64,000 bases of DNA from Clostridiaceae bacterium (GCA_012518795.1 JAAYRL010000054.1:16915-80914); one strand, 5' to 3'; positions 1 through 10,680 are shown, counted from the first letter of the stretch. Notes: generated by a model from the letters alone, not told the origin. Numbers and translations: made by a program.

Positions 1-145
1 TACGTCCATAATTGTTTCTGCCGCTATGTTTCTTCTTCGATACCAAAAGACTTTTCTCGGGCTTTTTATCTGTCAGTTCAGAATAATCTGCCACTGTCAT
101 AAATCTTTTCGCAGGAGAAGTCGGACGAAAGCTTTTTATTGCCAT
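1..145 (-). CDS. rplB: 50S ribosomal protein L2 (5' part; runs off window)
   Basis: Hand translation from ATG at 145: [34 protein letters not shown]...GRNNYGR; GGAG RBS; follows rplW. Confidence 0.95.
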   Translation of the reverse strand, partial: MAIKSFRPTSPAKRFMTVADYSELTDKKPEKSLLVSKKKHSGRNNYGR

Positions 146-172
146 ATTAATTCACTCCTTCTTCGATCCGGC

Positions 173-526
173 CTAAATCCCGAATCCAAATTCTTCAATT
201 GAATTTTTATATTTTTTTGAAGTCTTTTGCTCTTTACCGCCTTCTACCAAATATGTAGTTTCTTGCGGGTCAAGATCAATAGTTACAATTGCTTTTTTCC
301 AATCAGCTGTTTTACCGGTATGCATGTGCACACGCTTCATTTTACCGGAAACATTTTGTGTATTGACTTTTAAAACGCGAACATTGAACAACTTCTCAAC
401 AGCTTGTCTCACTTCGGTTTTCGTTGCTTTACGATCAACAGCAAAAGTATATTTACCTTCCATGCTATCCATGGTACTGCGTTCAGTGATTACCGGTTTA
501 ATGATAATATCATGCGGATTTCTCAT
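173..526 (-). CDS. rplW: 50S ribosomal protein L23
   Basis: IIKPVITERS, YTFAVDRKATKTEV, WKKAIVT; S10 operon position. Confidence 0.97.
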   Translation of the reverse strand: MRNPHDIIIKPVITERSTMDSMEGKYTFAVDRKATKTEVRQAVEKLFNVRVLKVNTQNVSGKMKRVHMHTGKTADWKKAIVTIDLDPQETTYLVEGGKEQKTSKKYKNSIEEFGFGI

Positions 527-1146
527 ACGTAGACCTCCTGAACTTTATTAACAGCTTCATTAGTAAAAATAATATTTCTATATTTTAATAAATCATAGAC
601 GTTCATTGTATTAACTAACGCTGTTTTAACATCCTTGATATTTGCTGCAGATTTCTCAACATTTCGATTGGATTCCGCCATAATAAAAAGTGCTGAACCT
701 TGCAATTCCAAATTGTTGATTGTTTTAACCATCTCTTTGGTTTTGATTTCTTTAAGTTCCAGTTTATCCAAAACTTTGATGCGATCTGCGCTCAAGGCTT
801 GTGACAACACTGATTTCATCGCTAATCTGCGCATTTTTTTGTTTGTTTTATAAGAATAATCACGTGGCACAGGACCGAAAATAACTCCGCCGCCTACATG
901 ATTACCGGCCCTGATCGAACCTTGACGTGCTCTGCCTGTACCTTTTTGTCTATACGGTTTTCTTCCGCCGCCACTTACTTCACTGCGACCTTTTACTTTA
1001 GAAGTACCTTGACGTTTATTTGCAAGTTGATTTTTCACAATACGATGTACAACATCTTGATTCGGTTCAATACCGAATATGGTATCTGCCAATTCAATAT
1101 CACCAATTATTTCACCTTGCATATTATACAAATTAGTCTTTGCCAT
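523..1146 (-). CDS. rplD: 50S ribosomal protein L4
   Basis: RQGT...RSEVSGGGRKPYRQKGTGRARQGS. Confidence 0.98.
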   Translation of the reverse strand: MAKTNLYNMQGEIIGDIELADTIFGIEPNQDVVHRIVKNQLANKRQGTSKVKGRSEVSGGGRKPYRQKGTGRARQGSIRAGNHVGGGVIFGPVPRDYSYKTNKKMRRLAMKSVLSQALSADRIKVLDKLELKEIKTKEMVKTINNLELQGSALFIMAESNRNVEKSAANIKDVKTALVNTMNVYDLLKYRNIIFTNEAVNKVQEVYV

Positions 1147-1163
1147 ATAATTCTCCTCCCAGC

Positions 1164-1787
1164 CTAACGTGCTTTGACGGAAGTTTTGATTTCTAACAAA
1201 CCGCCTTTTGGTCCGGGTACAGCACCTTTAACAACCAAAATATTACGTTCTCCATCAACTTGAACTACTTCCAAGTTTTGTACTGTAATACGTTTGCTCC
1301 CCATTTGTCCGGGCAATTTCTTCCCTTTCTGAACTCTGGCAGGGGTAGCTGAAGAACCCATTGAACCAACACCACGATGGTATTTTGAACCATGAGACAT
1401 TGGCCCTCTGCTGAAACCGTGTCTTTTGATAGATCCTTGAAAACCTTTACCTTTTGAAGTGCCGACAACATCTACTTTGTCACCGGGCTCAAACATTTCA
1501 TCAACTTTTAAAATTTGACCTGTTTCATATTCAGCTGTATTTTTGAACTCTTTTAAAACTCGCATCGGTTCAACATTAATTTTTTCAAATTGACCCTTTG
1601 TCGGTTTATTGTTCTTTTTCGTCTTATCGTATCCCACTTTAACTGCTTGATAACCTTCGACTGCTTCTGTTTTGTTTTGGATAACAGTTACAGGACCGCA
1701 ATCTATAACGGTGACCGGAATTACTAAACCGTGTTCATCAAACAGTTGAGTCATACCGGCTTTTCTACCGAGCATAAATTTATTCAT
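1164..1787 (-). CDS. rplC: 50S ribosomal protein L3
   Basis: [34 protein letters not shown]. Confidence 0.98.
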   Translation of the reverse strand: MNKFMLGRKAGMTQLFDEHGLVIPVTVIDCGPVTVIQNKTEAVEGYQAVKVGYDKTKKNNKPTKGQFEKINVEPMRVLKEFKNTAEYETGQILKVDEMFEPGDKVDVVGTSKGKGFQGSIKRHGFSRGPMSHGSKYHRGVGSMGSSATPARVQKGKKLPGQMGSKRITVQNLEVVQVDGERNILVVKGAVPGPKGGLLEIKTSVKAR

Positions 1788-1845
1788 TTATTTCTTCCTC
1801 CTTGGTTATTGGTTCGTCTCTGCGAACATTGACCTGAGCCTATGC

Positions 1846-2157
1846 CTATAATTTGATTTCTATATTAACTCCGGCTGGCATCTCTAATCGCATTAAGGAT
1901 TCCATTGTCTTGTTATTTGGAGCCAAAATGTCAATTAAACGCTTATGTGTTCTTGCTTCGAATTGCTCTCTTGAATCTTTATTTACATGAGGAGAACGCA
2001 AAATTGTAATAACTTCCTTTTCCGTCGGCAAGGGAATCGGACCCGAAACACTCGCTCCGGTACGATTTGCAGTCTCAACGATCCTTGAGGCACTTTCATC
2101 TAAAATTTGATGATCAAAAGCCTTGAGGCGAATTCTGATTTTTTGATTTACAGCCAT
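1846..2157 (-). CDS. rpsJ: 30S ribosomal protein S10
   Basis: [31 protein letters not shown]. Confidence 0.99.
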   Translation of the reverse strand: MAVNQKIRIRLKAFDHQILDESASRIVETANRTGASVSGPIPLPTEKEVITILRSPHVNKDSREQFEARTHKRLIDILAPNNKTMESLMRLEMPAGVNIEIKL

Positions 2158-2169
2158 TAATAAAACCTC

Positions 2170-2400
2170 CTATGTGCTGCTCTACCATCTATTTGCAACA
2201 ACTCTTCCGGGCGTTTCATGTCCTGCCATGATAAAACCCAGACACTTCGTATGCAACGCATGTGCTGGGCAACCTTCCCGGCTCTGCTGCGAAATAGATG
2301 TGACGTTCGACTCTCTGTTCGAACTGCTCCGTCTAAGTTACCCGCAGATACCGCAGCGGTAAACACGGCAATCTCAGACTTCTACGCTAATTCATGCGAC
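2170..2400 (-). ncRNA. Structured S10-operon 5' leader (ribosomal leader RNA)
   Basis: GC-rich UTR between promoter and rpsJ; GAAGGTTGCCCAGCAC...GTGTCTGGG core resembles Firmicutes S10 leaders; long enclosing stem CATCTATTT/AAATAGATG. Confidence 0.7.
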
Positions 2401-2435
2401 AAAAAAAGTCATGCTGAATTTTTGACGCGATTAAG

Positions 2436-2464
2436 AGTATATAACATCTAATTTATTGATGCAA
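2436..2464 (-). promoter_or_regulatory. Sigma-A promoter of S10 operon
   Basis: Minus strand TTGCAT-N17-TATACT. Confidence 0.7.
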
Positions 2465-2532
2465 GCCTTTTACAAAATATTTTTGTTTTATTTGATGAAA
2501 ACTTTAATTGATTAAACATAATAGTTGTTTAA

Positions 2533-2608
2533 CAATTCATACATTTTTCAAGTCCGCAATGAGTCATCGGGCTTGACCCGGCGAGTAAGGACTGAAAAAT
2601 ATGAATTG
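2533..2608. terminator. Imperfect long inverted repeat downstream of trpS (terminator or REP-like)
   Basis: CAATTCATACATTTTTCAAGTCC ... GGACTGAAAAATATGAATTG with inner CGGG-CTTGA-CCCG hairpin. Confidence 0.45.
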
Positions 2609-2646
2609 TAAACTATTATAAATGTTATTTATATATCTATGCTATA

Positions 2647-3663
2647 TTAAGCTTCGTAGTTGATACCTAAAACTGTTTTAAGTTTCAGTAAGTTTTCCTG
2701 AGCAACTTTGCGGGCTTTTTTGCTTGATTCGATCAGTAATTCAATTGCCCGATCCGGTTTGCCTTCAAATTGAGCTCTGCGTTCTCTGATCGGTTCCAGT
2801 TCAGCTTGCAAGACTTTTTCTAAACGACGTTTTACTTTAACATCACCTAAGCCGCCACGACGATAATGTGCTTTCCATTCTTCAAGTTCATCTTTATCAG
2901 GGTCAAAAGCATCCAAATAAGTAAATACGGGATTACCTTCTACCTTACCCGGATCTTCAACTCGCAAATGATTTGGATCGGTATACATACCTCTTATTTT
3001 TTTACTTACAGTTTCAGCATCATCTGACAGGTAGATACAGTTGTTGAGTGATTTACTCATTTTTGCATTACCGTCCGTTCCAGGCAATCTGGTAATCTGT
3101 GAAAGAATCGGTTTACATTCTTTTAATACATCAGTATTAAAATGAAAATTAATATGCCTGACTATTTCATTTGTTTGTTCAAGCATCGGTAACTGATCGT
3201 CACCAACCGGAACTAAAGTTGCATTGAATGCCGTTATATCAGCAGCTTGACTAACCGGATAATTGAGAAAACCAATCGGGACTGCATTGTCAAACTCGCG
3301 TAATTGCATTTCACTTTTCACGGTTGGATTGCGTAACAATCTGGCAAGAGTTACAAAGTTCATATAAAGAATAGTAAATTCAGTTAATTCAGGAATCAGT
3401 GATTGAATAAAGATTGTAGTTTTTTCCGGATCAATACCACAACCTAAATAATCATATAGAACTTCGATTACACTTTCTCGAACTTTTCCCACATCGTATG
3501 CATTATCGGTCAACGCCTGTAAATCAGCAATCATCAAATAATTTACGGCATATTCATCCTGTAAACGCAAACGTTGTTTAATCGATCCTACGTAATGACC
3601 AATATGCAAACGTCCGGTCGGTCTATCTCCCGTTAATACAATTTCCTGTTTTAACTGTTTCAT
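2647..3663 (-). CDS. trpS: Tryptophan--tRNA ligase
   Basis: TGDRPTGRLHIGHY (HIGH), VPVGDDQ, KMSKS. Confidence 0.97.
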   Translation of the reverse strand: MKQLKQEIVLTGDRPTGRLHIGHYVGSIKQRLRLQDEYAVNYLMIADLQALTDNAYDVGKVRESVIEVLYDYLGCGIDPEKTTIFIQSLIPELTEFTILYMNFVTLARLLRNPTVKSEMQLREFDNAVPIGFLNYPVSQAADITAFNATLVPVGDDQLPMLEQTNEIVRHINFHFNTDVLKECKPILSQITRLPGTDGNAKMSKSLNNCIYLSDDAETVSKKIRGMYTDPNHLRVEDPGKVEGNPVFTYLDAFDPDKDELEEWKAHYRRGGLGDVKVKRRLEKVLQAELEPIRERRAQFEGKPDRAIELLIESSKKARKVAQENLLKLKTVLGINYEA

Positions 3664-3730
3664 AATTTCTCCCTTAAAATGTTTTCTAAGTATTTTTTAC
3701 AAATTTATATTACATTACACTTCTTACACT

Positions 3731-4684
3731 TTATACTACACTTCTTTCATCAGAATCAGAAGTTTTTTCGGTTTGAAGTATAAATGCTGTTTCAGCTAAT
3801 TGTTTGACTTCGGCTTGAGTATATTGATAGTTTGCATCACAGAAATGACAACTCAAAGTTATTCCGTCAGGATCTTCACCCAATTCAGTCAATTCTTTAT
3901 TTCCTAAAAGTAAAAGATTCCGCGTCATTCGATCACGATTGCATTCACAATAATACTCAACCGGAGTTTCCGCTAAATACTCCAATTCAGCAGTAGCTCC
4001 TAATAATAAATCAAGTAATTGATGCGGACTGATCCCCTCTGCTATTAACTCAGATAGATCAGGAAAGCCTTTACAACGATTTTCCAACCAATGAAGTGTT
4101 TCATCATCAACACCGGGCAACGCCTGGATCATCATTCCTCCGGCTGATACAATTCCTTGTTGATCAAGTCTGACTCCCAAAAAAATAACGGTAGGAATTT
4201 GTTCGGAATAAAAATAGTATGATGCTAAATCTTCGGCAATTTCACCGCTGACTAATTCAACATTACCGATATACGGTTCTTTTAAACCTAAATCTTTAAT
4301 TACAGTTAAATTGCCTTTACCTATAGATTTACCCAAGTCCAATTTATCTGTCGTTTTGTAATACGATATTGCATATGGATCGTCTACATAACCGCGCACT
4401 TTACCATCTAAAGTCGCAATTGTTGTCAAGTTTGAAATATCTCCGTCCGATTTAATGATTAAGGTTAAACGATTCTGCTCATTTTTTAAATCAACCGCCA
4501 TCAATAATGCACCACTCATTAAGCGACCTAAGGCAACACTGGAAATTGGGGATAAATCATGAATTTCTCTGGCTTGTTTAACCAAGTTAGTAGTCCGAAC
4601 TGCTAAACAACGTAACAATCCTTGTTTTGCTGTTGCCTGTATCAGATAATCATCTTTGATGTAATTGATATTTTGTTTTATCAT
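3731..4684 (-). CDS. hslO: Hsp33 redox-regulated chaperone
   Basis: LVSGEIAEDLASYYFYSEQIPT; C-terminal CEC...CHFC zinc motif. Confidence 0.95.
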   Translation of the reverse strand: MIKQNINYIKDDYLIQATAKQGLLRCLAVRTTNLVKQAREIHDLSPISSVALGRLMSGALLMAVDLKNEQNRLTLIIKSDGDISNLTTIATLDGKVRGYVDDPYAISYYKTTDKLDLGKSIGKGNLTVIKDLGLKEPYIGNVELVSGEIAEDLASYYFYSEQIPTVIFLGVRLDQQGIVSAGGMMIQALPGVDDETLHWLENRCKGFPDLSELIAEGISPHQLLDLLLGATAELEYLAETPVEYYCECNRDRMTRNLLLLGNKELTELGEDPDGITLSCHFCDANYQYTQAEVKQLAETAFILQTEKTSDSDERSVV

Positions 4685-4698
4685 TTAAATTCCTTGAT

Positions 4699-6096
4699 TT
4701 ACTCTAATATCTCAATTGCTTTTTGTAATTGGGTGTCCTCTTCCTGATCGATTCTGGATATGATCATATTTCTAAATTCTTCCGGTAATTCTACTTCATA
4801 GTCAGGAGTCAAACCTTCACCATCTACATTCGTACCTGAAGGTAAATTGTAATAAAAATTGGTAACCTGGATTGCCGATCCGTCTTCCAAATATTGAGTA
4901 ATCGTACCGACACCTTTTCCGAATGAGGTTTCTCCGACCAGCTCAGCTTTTTCCCAATCACGCAAACATCCGGCAAATAATTCACTTGCTGATGCAGAGT
5001 TATTATTCATTATACAGACATATTTCATGTTTTCAGGAACACCCATATTCTTATCTGAAACTTCACTAATTTCAAATTCCTCACCGCTTCTTCTGCCTAT
5101 TTCAGTAATCAACTCACCTTCCGGCAGTAAATAATCAAGCATATATAAAACTTCGTTTACGTAGCCGCCACCATTATTTCTTAAATCGAAAACAATATTC
5201 TTTGCACCTTGATCTTGCAAATTATCCATGGCTGCAACGAAATTATCACCCACACCTTCATTGAATTCTACAATTCTTACATAGCCGATATCATCAGTTA
5301 GCATTTCAGAACGAATATTAGCGTTGGTAATATTTGCTCGTGTGATTTCAAACTCATAATATTTGTTTTCGGAAGCGCGGTAGATTTCTATAAAGACTTT
5401 TGTTCCCTGTTCACCACGGATGTTTAGTGCTAACATCGAAACATTTTCAAATTCCGAAGCATCTTTATCATCCACTTTTACAAAAACGTCATTAATCATT
5501 AAACCGCATTTTTCTGCAGGAGAGTCTTCAATAATGTCACTGATCTGGTAGGAAGCACCAACTTGTTCAACAATAGCTCCTATTCCACTATACTCACCTG
5601 ACATGGCATCTTCCATTTCTGCTACATATTCGGGTGTCATATAGAAAGTATAAGGACTCTCCATCTGATCTACCATACCGGTAGCCATTGCATCAATCAA
5701 CTGATTTTCAGATAATTCTTCATAATAATCATTTTGTAAAATACTGAAAATCATCTCCAGTTTTTCTAACGACTTTCTATTGGCAGGAGTATTTTTAAAA
5801 ACTAAACTCAATTCATCACTTGCATTTTCACTTTCTTTAATATTGATAATTTGAGATTCCTTTGGAGAAAATTCTTTATTTGTTTGAGCCTTTGAAAATA
5901 ATTCTTCGCCTTTTATACTAATTAAAAGACCTAAAATCATTGCAACAGTAAGAATAATGGAAATTATCGAAGTTAAAAAATAGCCCCAAAAGTTATTTTT
6001 TACTTTTTTATCCTGAATTTGATCAGGTTGATACTCATTCGGTTGTTGAATATAATCAGGCTGATTAAAGTTTATATTATGTCGATATTGCTGCAT
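4699..6096 (-). CDS. S41 carboxy-terminal processing protease (PDZ, membrane anchored)
   Basis: GIGA PDZ, DLRNNGGG, SASASE, GETSFGKG; start set at ATG 6096 behind AAGGAG. Confidence 0.92.
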   Translation of the reverse strand: MQQYRHNINFNQPDYIQQPNEYQPDQIQDKKVKNNFWGYFLTSIISIILTVAMILGLLISIKGEELFSKAQTNKEFSPKESQIINIKESENASDELSLVFKNTPANRKSLEKLEMIFSILQNDYYEELSENQLIDAMATGMVDQMESPYTFYMTPEYVAEMEDAMSGEYSGIGAIVEQVGASYQISDIIEDSPAEKCGLMINDVFVKVDDKDASEFENVSMLALNIRGEQGTKVFIEIYRASENKYYEFEITRANITNANIRSEMLTDDIGYVRIVEFNEGVGDNFVAAMDNLQDQGAKNIVFDLRNNGGGYVNEVLYMLDYLLPEGELITEIGRRSGEEFEISEVSDKNMGVPENMKYVCIMNNNSASASELFAGCLRDWEKAELVGETSFGKGVGTITQYLEDGSAIQVTNFYYNLPSGTNVDGEGLTPDYEVELPEEFRNMIISRIDQEEDTQLQKAIEILE

Positions 6097-6185
6097 CTTA
6101 AAAGCTCCTTGGCGAAATTTCATGTACTTCGTAATCTTTAACAAGGTCTATTATATATCAATGAAGATATTTTTGGTTATGAATT

Positions 6186-7613
6186 TTAATAATAAGTTAA
6201 CGGATCTACAGAAACACCGTTAATTCTAATTTCGTAATGCAAATGAGGACCTGTGGAAAATCCGGTTGATCCGATATAACATATAGTTTCTCCGGTTGAT
6301 ACAACCTGGCCGACACTGCATCCGAAACCGCTCAAATGACAATACATGCTCGTCATTCCGTTACCATGATCTATCATCACCGTATTACCGCCAACATCCA
6401 TCCAGCCTGCATAAGTTATCGTCCCCGGTGCCGGTGCAACCACGGGTGTTCCTGTCGGTGCACCAATGTCCGTTCCTGTATGGAAATCGGAATATCCGCC
6501 GAAAGTACGATAACCGAAATAAGAAGTTATCATATATGAACTGGGAACCGGCCATGCTAAACCACTACCATAGTAAACCGGCTCCTGAACAATTTGTGGT
6601 TCGGAAGGTATTGGTTCTTCAACTTGCGGGTCTTCCACATATCCCGGATCTTCAACTACCGGATACCCCCCCACAGAATCATCGAACTCAGGTTGTGTCA
6701 TTGGATCAACAGGCTGTGTAGCTTGTGCCGCCAATCTTGCTGCCTCTGCCTCCGCTGCTGCCGCTGCTTCTGCTGCGGCTTGTTCCGCAGCCAGACGTTC
6801 CGCTTCTCGCTCTTCCTCAATTCGAGCCATATTGGCATCAGCTTCCGCTAAAGCCCATTGAATTTCACTTTCACTTGCCACAAATAGATCAATTTGACCT
6901 TCTAAATCAGAGATTGAAGTATCTAATAATGTAATTTCTTCAATTTGATAGTTAATATCCGCTTCAATTCCTGCCAAGATTTCATCAATTTCGTCTAATT
7001 CTTGATTGTTTTCATCGATAATTACTTGGGTATCCTGAGTCAATTGGATCAAATTATCATGAGCTTCTTCCAGATCTTCCAAAGCTGCTTCATCTTCATC
7101 TGTGATAATACGCATAAATTTTACAGATGTGAAAAATCCTTCCAGACTATCCGATTCCAAAAACAGTTCAAATATTGATTTATTGTGCATTCCGAACATC
7201 GTTTCAATTCTGTCACCATATTGTTCTACTTTTGTATCATAGTTTTGTTTGCTCACATCAAGATTTTCCAAATAAGAGGCTTGAACCGTCAAAATTAAAT
7301 CCTGCTTTTCTTTAAGCGCAGTATAAGCTTCTTGTTGTTCAGTATTACGTTCATTGAGCCACGCTAAACTATCTTCAGAAGTAGTTTTCAGATTTTGCAA
7401 ACCGTATAAATCCGCCTCGACCAGAGATCGCTCATAAGCAACATTTTCTTTTTGTGCCAGCAAATCATCAATTTGATTTTGAACTTCAACCAACTCATCC
7501 GCTTTGACTGAGACACTACTAAAAGTGCTGATCAAGAAACTAAGGATGATCAAACAAATCAAACTGACCATGATTAACTGTTTTTGTTCTTTTTTGTTTT
7601 TATCAGATTTCAT
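6186..7613 (-). CDS. Coiled-coil M23 peptidase (EnvC/CwlO-like FtsEX partner)
   Basis: Signal peptide, long coiled coil, HTGTD and STGPHLHYE motifs; follows ftsX. Confidence 0.9.
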   Translation of the reverse strand: MKSDKNKKEQKQLIMVSLICLIILSFLISTFSSVSVKADELVEVQNQIDDLLAQKENVAYERSLVEADLYGLQNLKTTSEDSLAWLNERNTEQQEAYTALKEKQDLILTVQASYLENLDVSKQNYDTKVEQYGDRIETMFGMHNKSIFELFLESDSLEGFFTSVKFMRIITDEDEAALEDLEEAHDNLIQLTQDTQVIIDENNQELDEIDEILAGIEADINYQIEEITLLDTSISDLEGQIDLFVASESEIQWALAEADANMARIEEEREAERLAAEQAAAEAAAAAEAEAARLAAQATQPVDPMTQPEFDDSVGGYPVVEDPGYVEDPQVEEPIPSEPQIVQEPVYYGSGLAWPVPSSYMITSYFGYRTFGGYSDFHTGTDIGAPTGTPVVAPAPGTITYAGWMDVGGNTVMIDHGNGMTSMYCHLSGFGCSVGQVVSTGETICYIGSTGFSTGPHLHYEIRINGVSVDPLTYY

Positions 7614-7621
7614 TATATTCC

Positions 7622-8515
7622 TTAAACATTTATATATTTTCTAATTGCCAAACCGCTAAAAATCGCTCCGATTAACAATCCTGCTATTATACTGATCAAA
7701 ATAATTATCGGCAATATTTGATTCGGTGCTATTAAAGCAAAATCAGCTCTATTCAAAATATCTTGACCAAAATGGCGATAAATTGCATTGTAACCAAATC
7801 CAAAAATGACGGAGGACAAAACAGATCCTACAAATCCTACCACCATCCCCTGAATAATGAAAGGAATTCTGATATAGGAATTTGTCGCACCTATATACTT
7901 CATAATGTTAATCTCATATGACCTTGCCAAAGCAGCGATTCTGATCATATTTGAAATAATAAAAATTGTAATTAAAGTAAAAATTAACATTACAATAATA
8001 CTGACCGTTGTGACGCCATGCAACAGTTGATTGAGAATTTTCATCAATTCGTCTTCCATATATACATCTTTAATATTGGGATTTTGCATGCTCCAATTAC
8101 GAAATTCTTCACCTAATGCAGGATCAGCCAATCTTACATTGATCGTATAAGGTATTCTCTTTGTATAATCAAAATCTTTAAATAACTCTTCTTTACCGAG
8201 ACTGTCTATAAAAATTTCATAATTTTCTTGCGGAGTATTTATTTTATGAAAAATTACATCAGGATTCTCTTCCAACAATTTATCAAAGTTTTCTGCATCA
8301 GCATCTATTGTACTCGTCTTAAACATAATCTCAATCGGTGGTTTCTGTCCGGCAATCTCAACTAAATTCCTTAAATTAATTGCGAAAGCACCAAAGGAAC
8401 TACCGATCAATATTAACAACATCATAGTTGTAACTGATGCTATTAAAACCAAGGGATGGCGTTTTAGATTAATGAATCCATCTCTAATAGCGTATAAAAA
8501 TCTTCTGCTATTCAT
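7622..8515 (-). CDS. ftsX: Cell division permease FtsX
   Basis: IISNMIRIAALARSYEINIMKYIGATNSYIRIPF; four TM segments; downstream of ftsE. Confidence 0.93.
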   Translation of the reverse strand: MNSRRFLYAIRDGFINLKRHPLVLIASVTTMMLLILIGSSFGAFAINLRNLVEIAGQKPPIEIMFKTSTIDADAENFDKLLEENPDVIFHKINTPQENYEIFIDSLGKEELFKDFDYTKRIPYTINVRLADPALGEEFRNWSMQNPNIKDVYMEDELMKILNQLLHGVTTVSIIVMLIFTLITIFIISNMIRIAALARSYEINIMKYIGATNSYIRIPFIIQGMVVGFVGSVLSSVIFGFGYNAIYRHFGQDILNRADFALIAPNQILPIIILISIIAGLLIGAIFSGLAIRKYINV

Positions 8516-8549
8516 GAATATCGCTCTTTTCTAACATTCAAATCCGAAG

Positions 8550-9497
8550 CTATTGCTCAATGTCAATTTTACTTTGAGAATTATTCGGTTCAATATTTTC
8601 AGCCAGCATTCGCATTTTTGCAATACGTTCTGCTAAGGAAAGGCGATTTCTTCTTTTTCTGCTATCTTCATCTAACATTGATTTAATCTCAGCGGATTGT
8701 TTTGCTCTTTTAGCTTGTCGGCGTTGATGTTCAAAATGCATATTTTCATATATGGCTTCATCCAATGCTGCATTTTCCTCATCAGAACGTTCAAAACTCA
8801 ATTCTCTTTCCGGAACACAATCAGAATAAGCACCACATTTCTCATCACGAATCAGACGTCCTTTAGACAATTCAATAACTCGTTTCTGCATCAGATCAAC
8901 CAAACTTGCATCATGCGTACAACATATAACTGTCGTGCCAGCCTTATTGATTTCATCTAATAAAGCTAAAATCGCTTCACCATTAGCCGGATCCAGATTT
9001 CCGGTAGGTTCATCAGCCAAAATTAAACCGGGATTATTAATCATCGCCCGTGCGACACCGACTCTTTGCGCTTCACCACCTGACAATTCGGACGGATAAT
9101 GATCTGCTTTGTCACGCAAACCAACTACGCTTAAGACCATCGGCACTCGACGCTTAATTTGTGCCTTTGACGCACCTATGATTTCCATCGCGAATGCTAC
9201 ATTTTCAAAAATAGTTTTTGATTCAATCAAACGAAAATCTTGGAATATCATTCCTATTTTCCTGCGTAAATTAGGAATGAGCCGTTTTTGCAAACGACTC
9301 AGTTCATAATTATCAAGAATTATCGTTCCTTTGCTGGGTCTTTCTTCACAGGTTATTAACCTAATCAAAGTGGACTTTCCGGCACCACTTTCACCAACAC
9401 AGAATACAAATTCTCCGGATTCTATTGTAAAATTTATATCCGTCAGTGCTTTTGCACCATTCGGATAGATCTTTTCAGTATTCCTAAATTCAATCAA
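8550..9497 (-). CDS. ftsE: Cell division ATPase FtsE with charged C-terminal extension
   Basis: GESGAGKS, FQDFRL, LSGGEAQR, ADEPTGNLDP. Confidence 0.93.
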   Translation of the reverse strand: MIEFRNTEKIYPNGAKALTDINFTIESGEFVFCVGESGAGKSTLIRLITCEERPSKGTIILDNYELSRLQKRLIPNLRRKIGMIFQDFRLIESKTIFENVAFAMEIIGASKAQIKRRVPMVLSVVGLRDKADHYPSELSGGEAQRVGVARAMINNPGLILADEPTGNLDPANGEAILALLDEINKAGTTVICCTHDASLVDLMQKRVIELSKGRLIRDEKCGAYSDCVPERELSFERSDEENAALDEAIYENMHFEHQRRQAKRAKQSAEIKSMLDEDSRKRRNRLSLAERIAKMRMLAENIEPNNSQSKIDIEQ

Positions 9498-9516
9498 AAG
9501 AATTTACCTCAATCTT

Positions 9517-10680
9517 TTACCATTTATTACCCATAGGATTGAAGGTTCCGTCCAATTTGAGCGATTCAAGATATTTTCTGACCATTGAAGCCAATTTAAA
9601 TAATACAGCATCATCAAAGGATCTCAGATCCAAACCGGTTATTTTCTCCACTTTATCCAAACGATAAACTAGAGTATTGCGGTGAACAAATAGTTGTCTT
9701 GAAGTTTCTGAACCGTTCAAACTGTTGTCAAAAAACTTATCAATCGTTAGTAATGTTTCCGGATCTAGTTGCTCATATGTTCCCGGCTCGAAAACTTCCG
9801 AAAGGAACATTTGACACAGAGTAGGAGGCAATTGATAAATCAAGCGACCTAGTCCCAACTTATTGTAACGCATGATCTTTTGTTCATTTTCAAAAATCTT
9901 ACCTACCGTTAAGGCTAATGCTGCTTCTCGATATGATCTTGAAATATCTTTCAACGTTTCAGTCGGCATACCTACACCAATGTGTAATTCCAATTTATCT
10001 ATACTACTATTCAGAACATCATAAATTTTGCTTGGAAGACAATCTGCTTCATCTGTCTTCTCTTCAGCCCCGTTCTCTTTAGCTTCTTCCAAATCACCGG
10101 CATCCAAAATATCGGCATGTTTTCCCAAATCTAAAAGGATCACCAAATTTTTTTCATCCATAGGTAAAATATGATGTTCCGAGTCAGATTCTAAAATTGT
10201 ATTCAATACCGATTTAACCTGTAAATCAAAATTTTCTTTAAAATTAATCAATAATGCTTGTCGAGGATGTGTATAAGGAATTCTGTACTCCCGAGCTTTG
10301 AGAGGAATGTCACCCGGTAATTCGTTTTCCAGCAAAACATTCTTTAAAAATCCTTCGCTTTCTTCTTCAGTATTCTTTTCTTTAAGTGCAGATCTGATCC
10401 ATCCTGCCAGTAACTCAAGGTAATTAGCAGATACAACATCTGTACCTTTGATAAAAGCAATTGCGACTAACTTCTGATCATGATTCAATTTAATATAAGT
10501 GTTGCCGCCGGCAACAGTTTTATTATCAGAGGATATTACAAAAGCCTTGACCGAACTGTCTTGATTGCCCAACAACGATTCATCGGTGGCAGCAAAAATC
10601 AATCCGTCTTTATTTGTCGCACCTATGGTCGCATCCAAAAAATGCGATACCTCTTCTATGCATCTTTTAATCTCTTCCAT
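9517..10680 (-). CDS. CdaR/PucR-family transcriptional regulator
   Basis: C-terminal HTH LFVHRNTLVYRLDKVEKITGLD; usual position upstream of ftsE in Clostridia. Confidence 0.9.
   Translation of the reverse strand: MEEIKRCIEEVSHFLDATIGATNKDGLIFAATDESLLGNQDSSVKAFVISSDNKTVAGGNTYIKLNHDQKLVAIAFIKGTDVVSANYLELLAGWIRSALKEKNTEEESEGFLKNVLLENELPGDIPLKAREYRIPYTHPRQALLINFKENFDLQVKSVLNTILESDSEHHILPMDEKNLVILLDLGKHADILDAGDLEEAKENGAEEKTDEADCLPSKIYDVLNSSIDKLELHIGVGMPTETLKDISRSYREAALALTVGKIFENEQKIMRYNKLGLGRLIYQLPPTLCQMFLSEVFEPGTYEQLDPETLLTIDKFFDNSLNGSETSRQLFVHRNTLVYRLDKVEKITGLDLRSFDDAVLFKLASMVRKYLESLKLDGTFNPMGNKW

Noticed and set aside
2157-2451. Three short ORFs upstream of rpsJ
   Set aside because: They overlap the structured leader and promoter and show no recognisable protein motif
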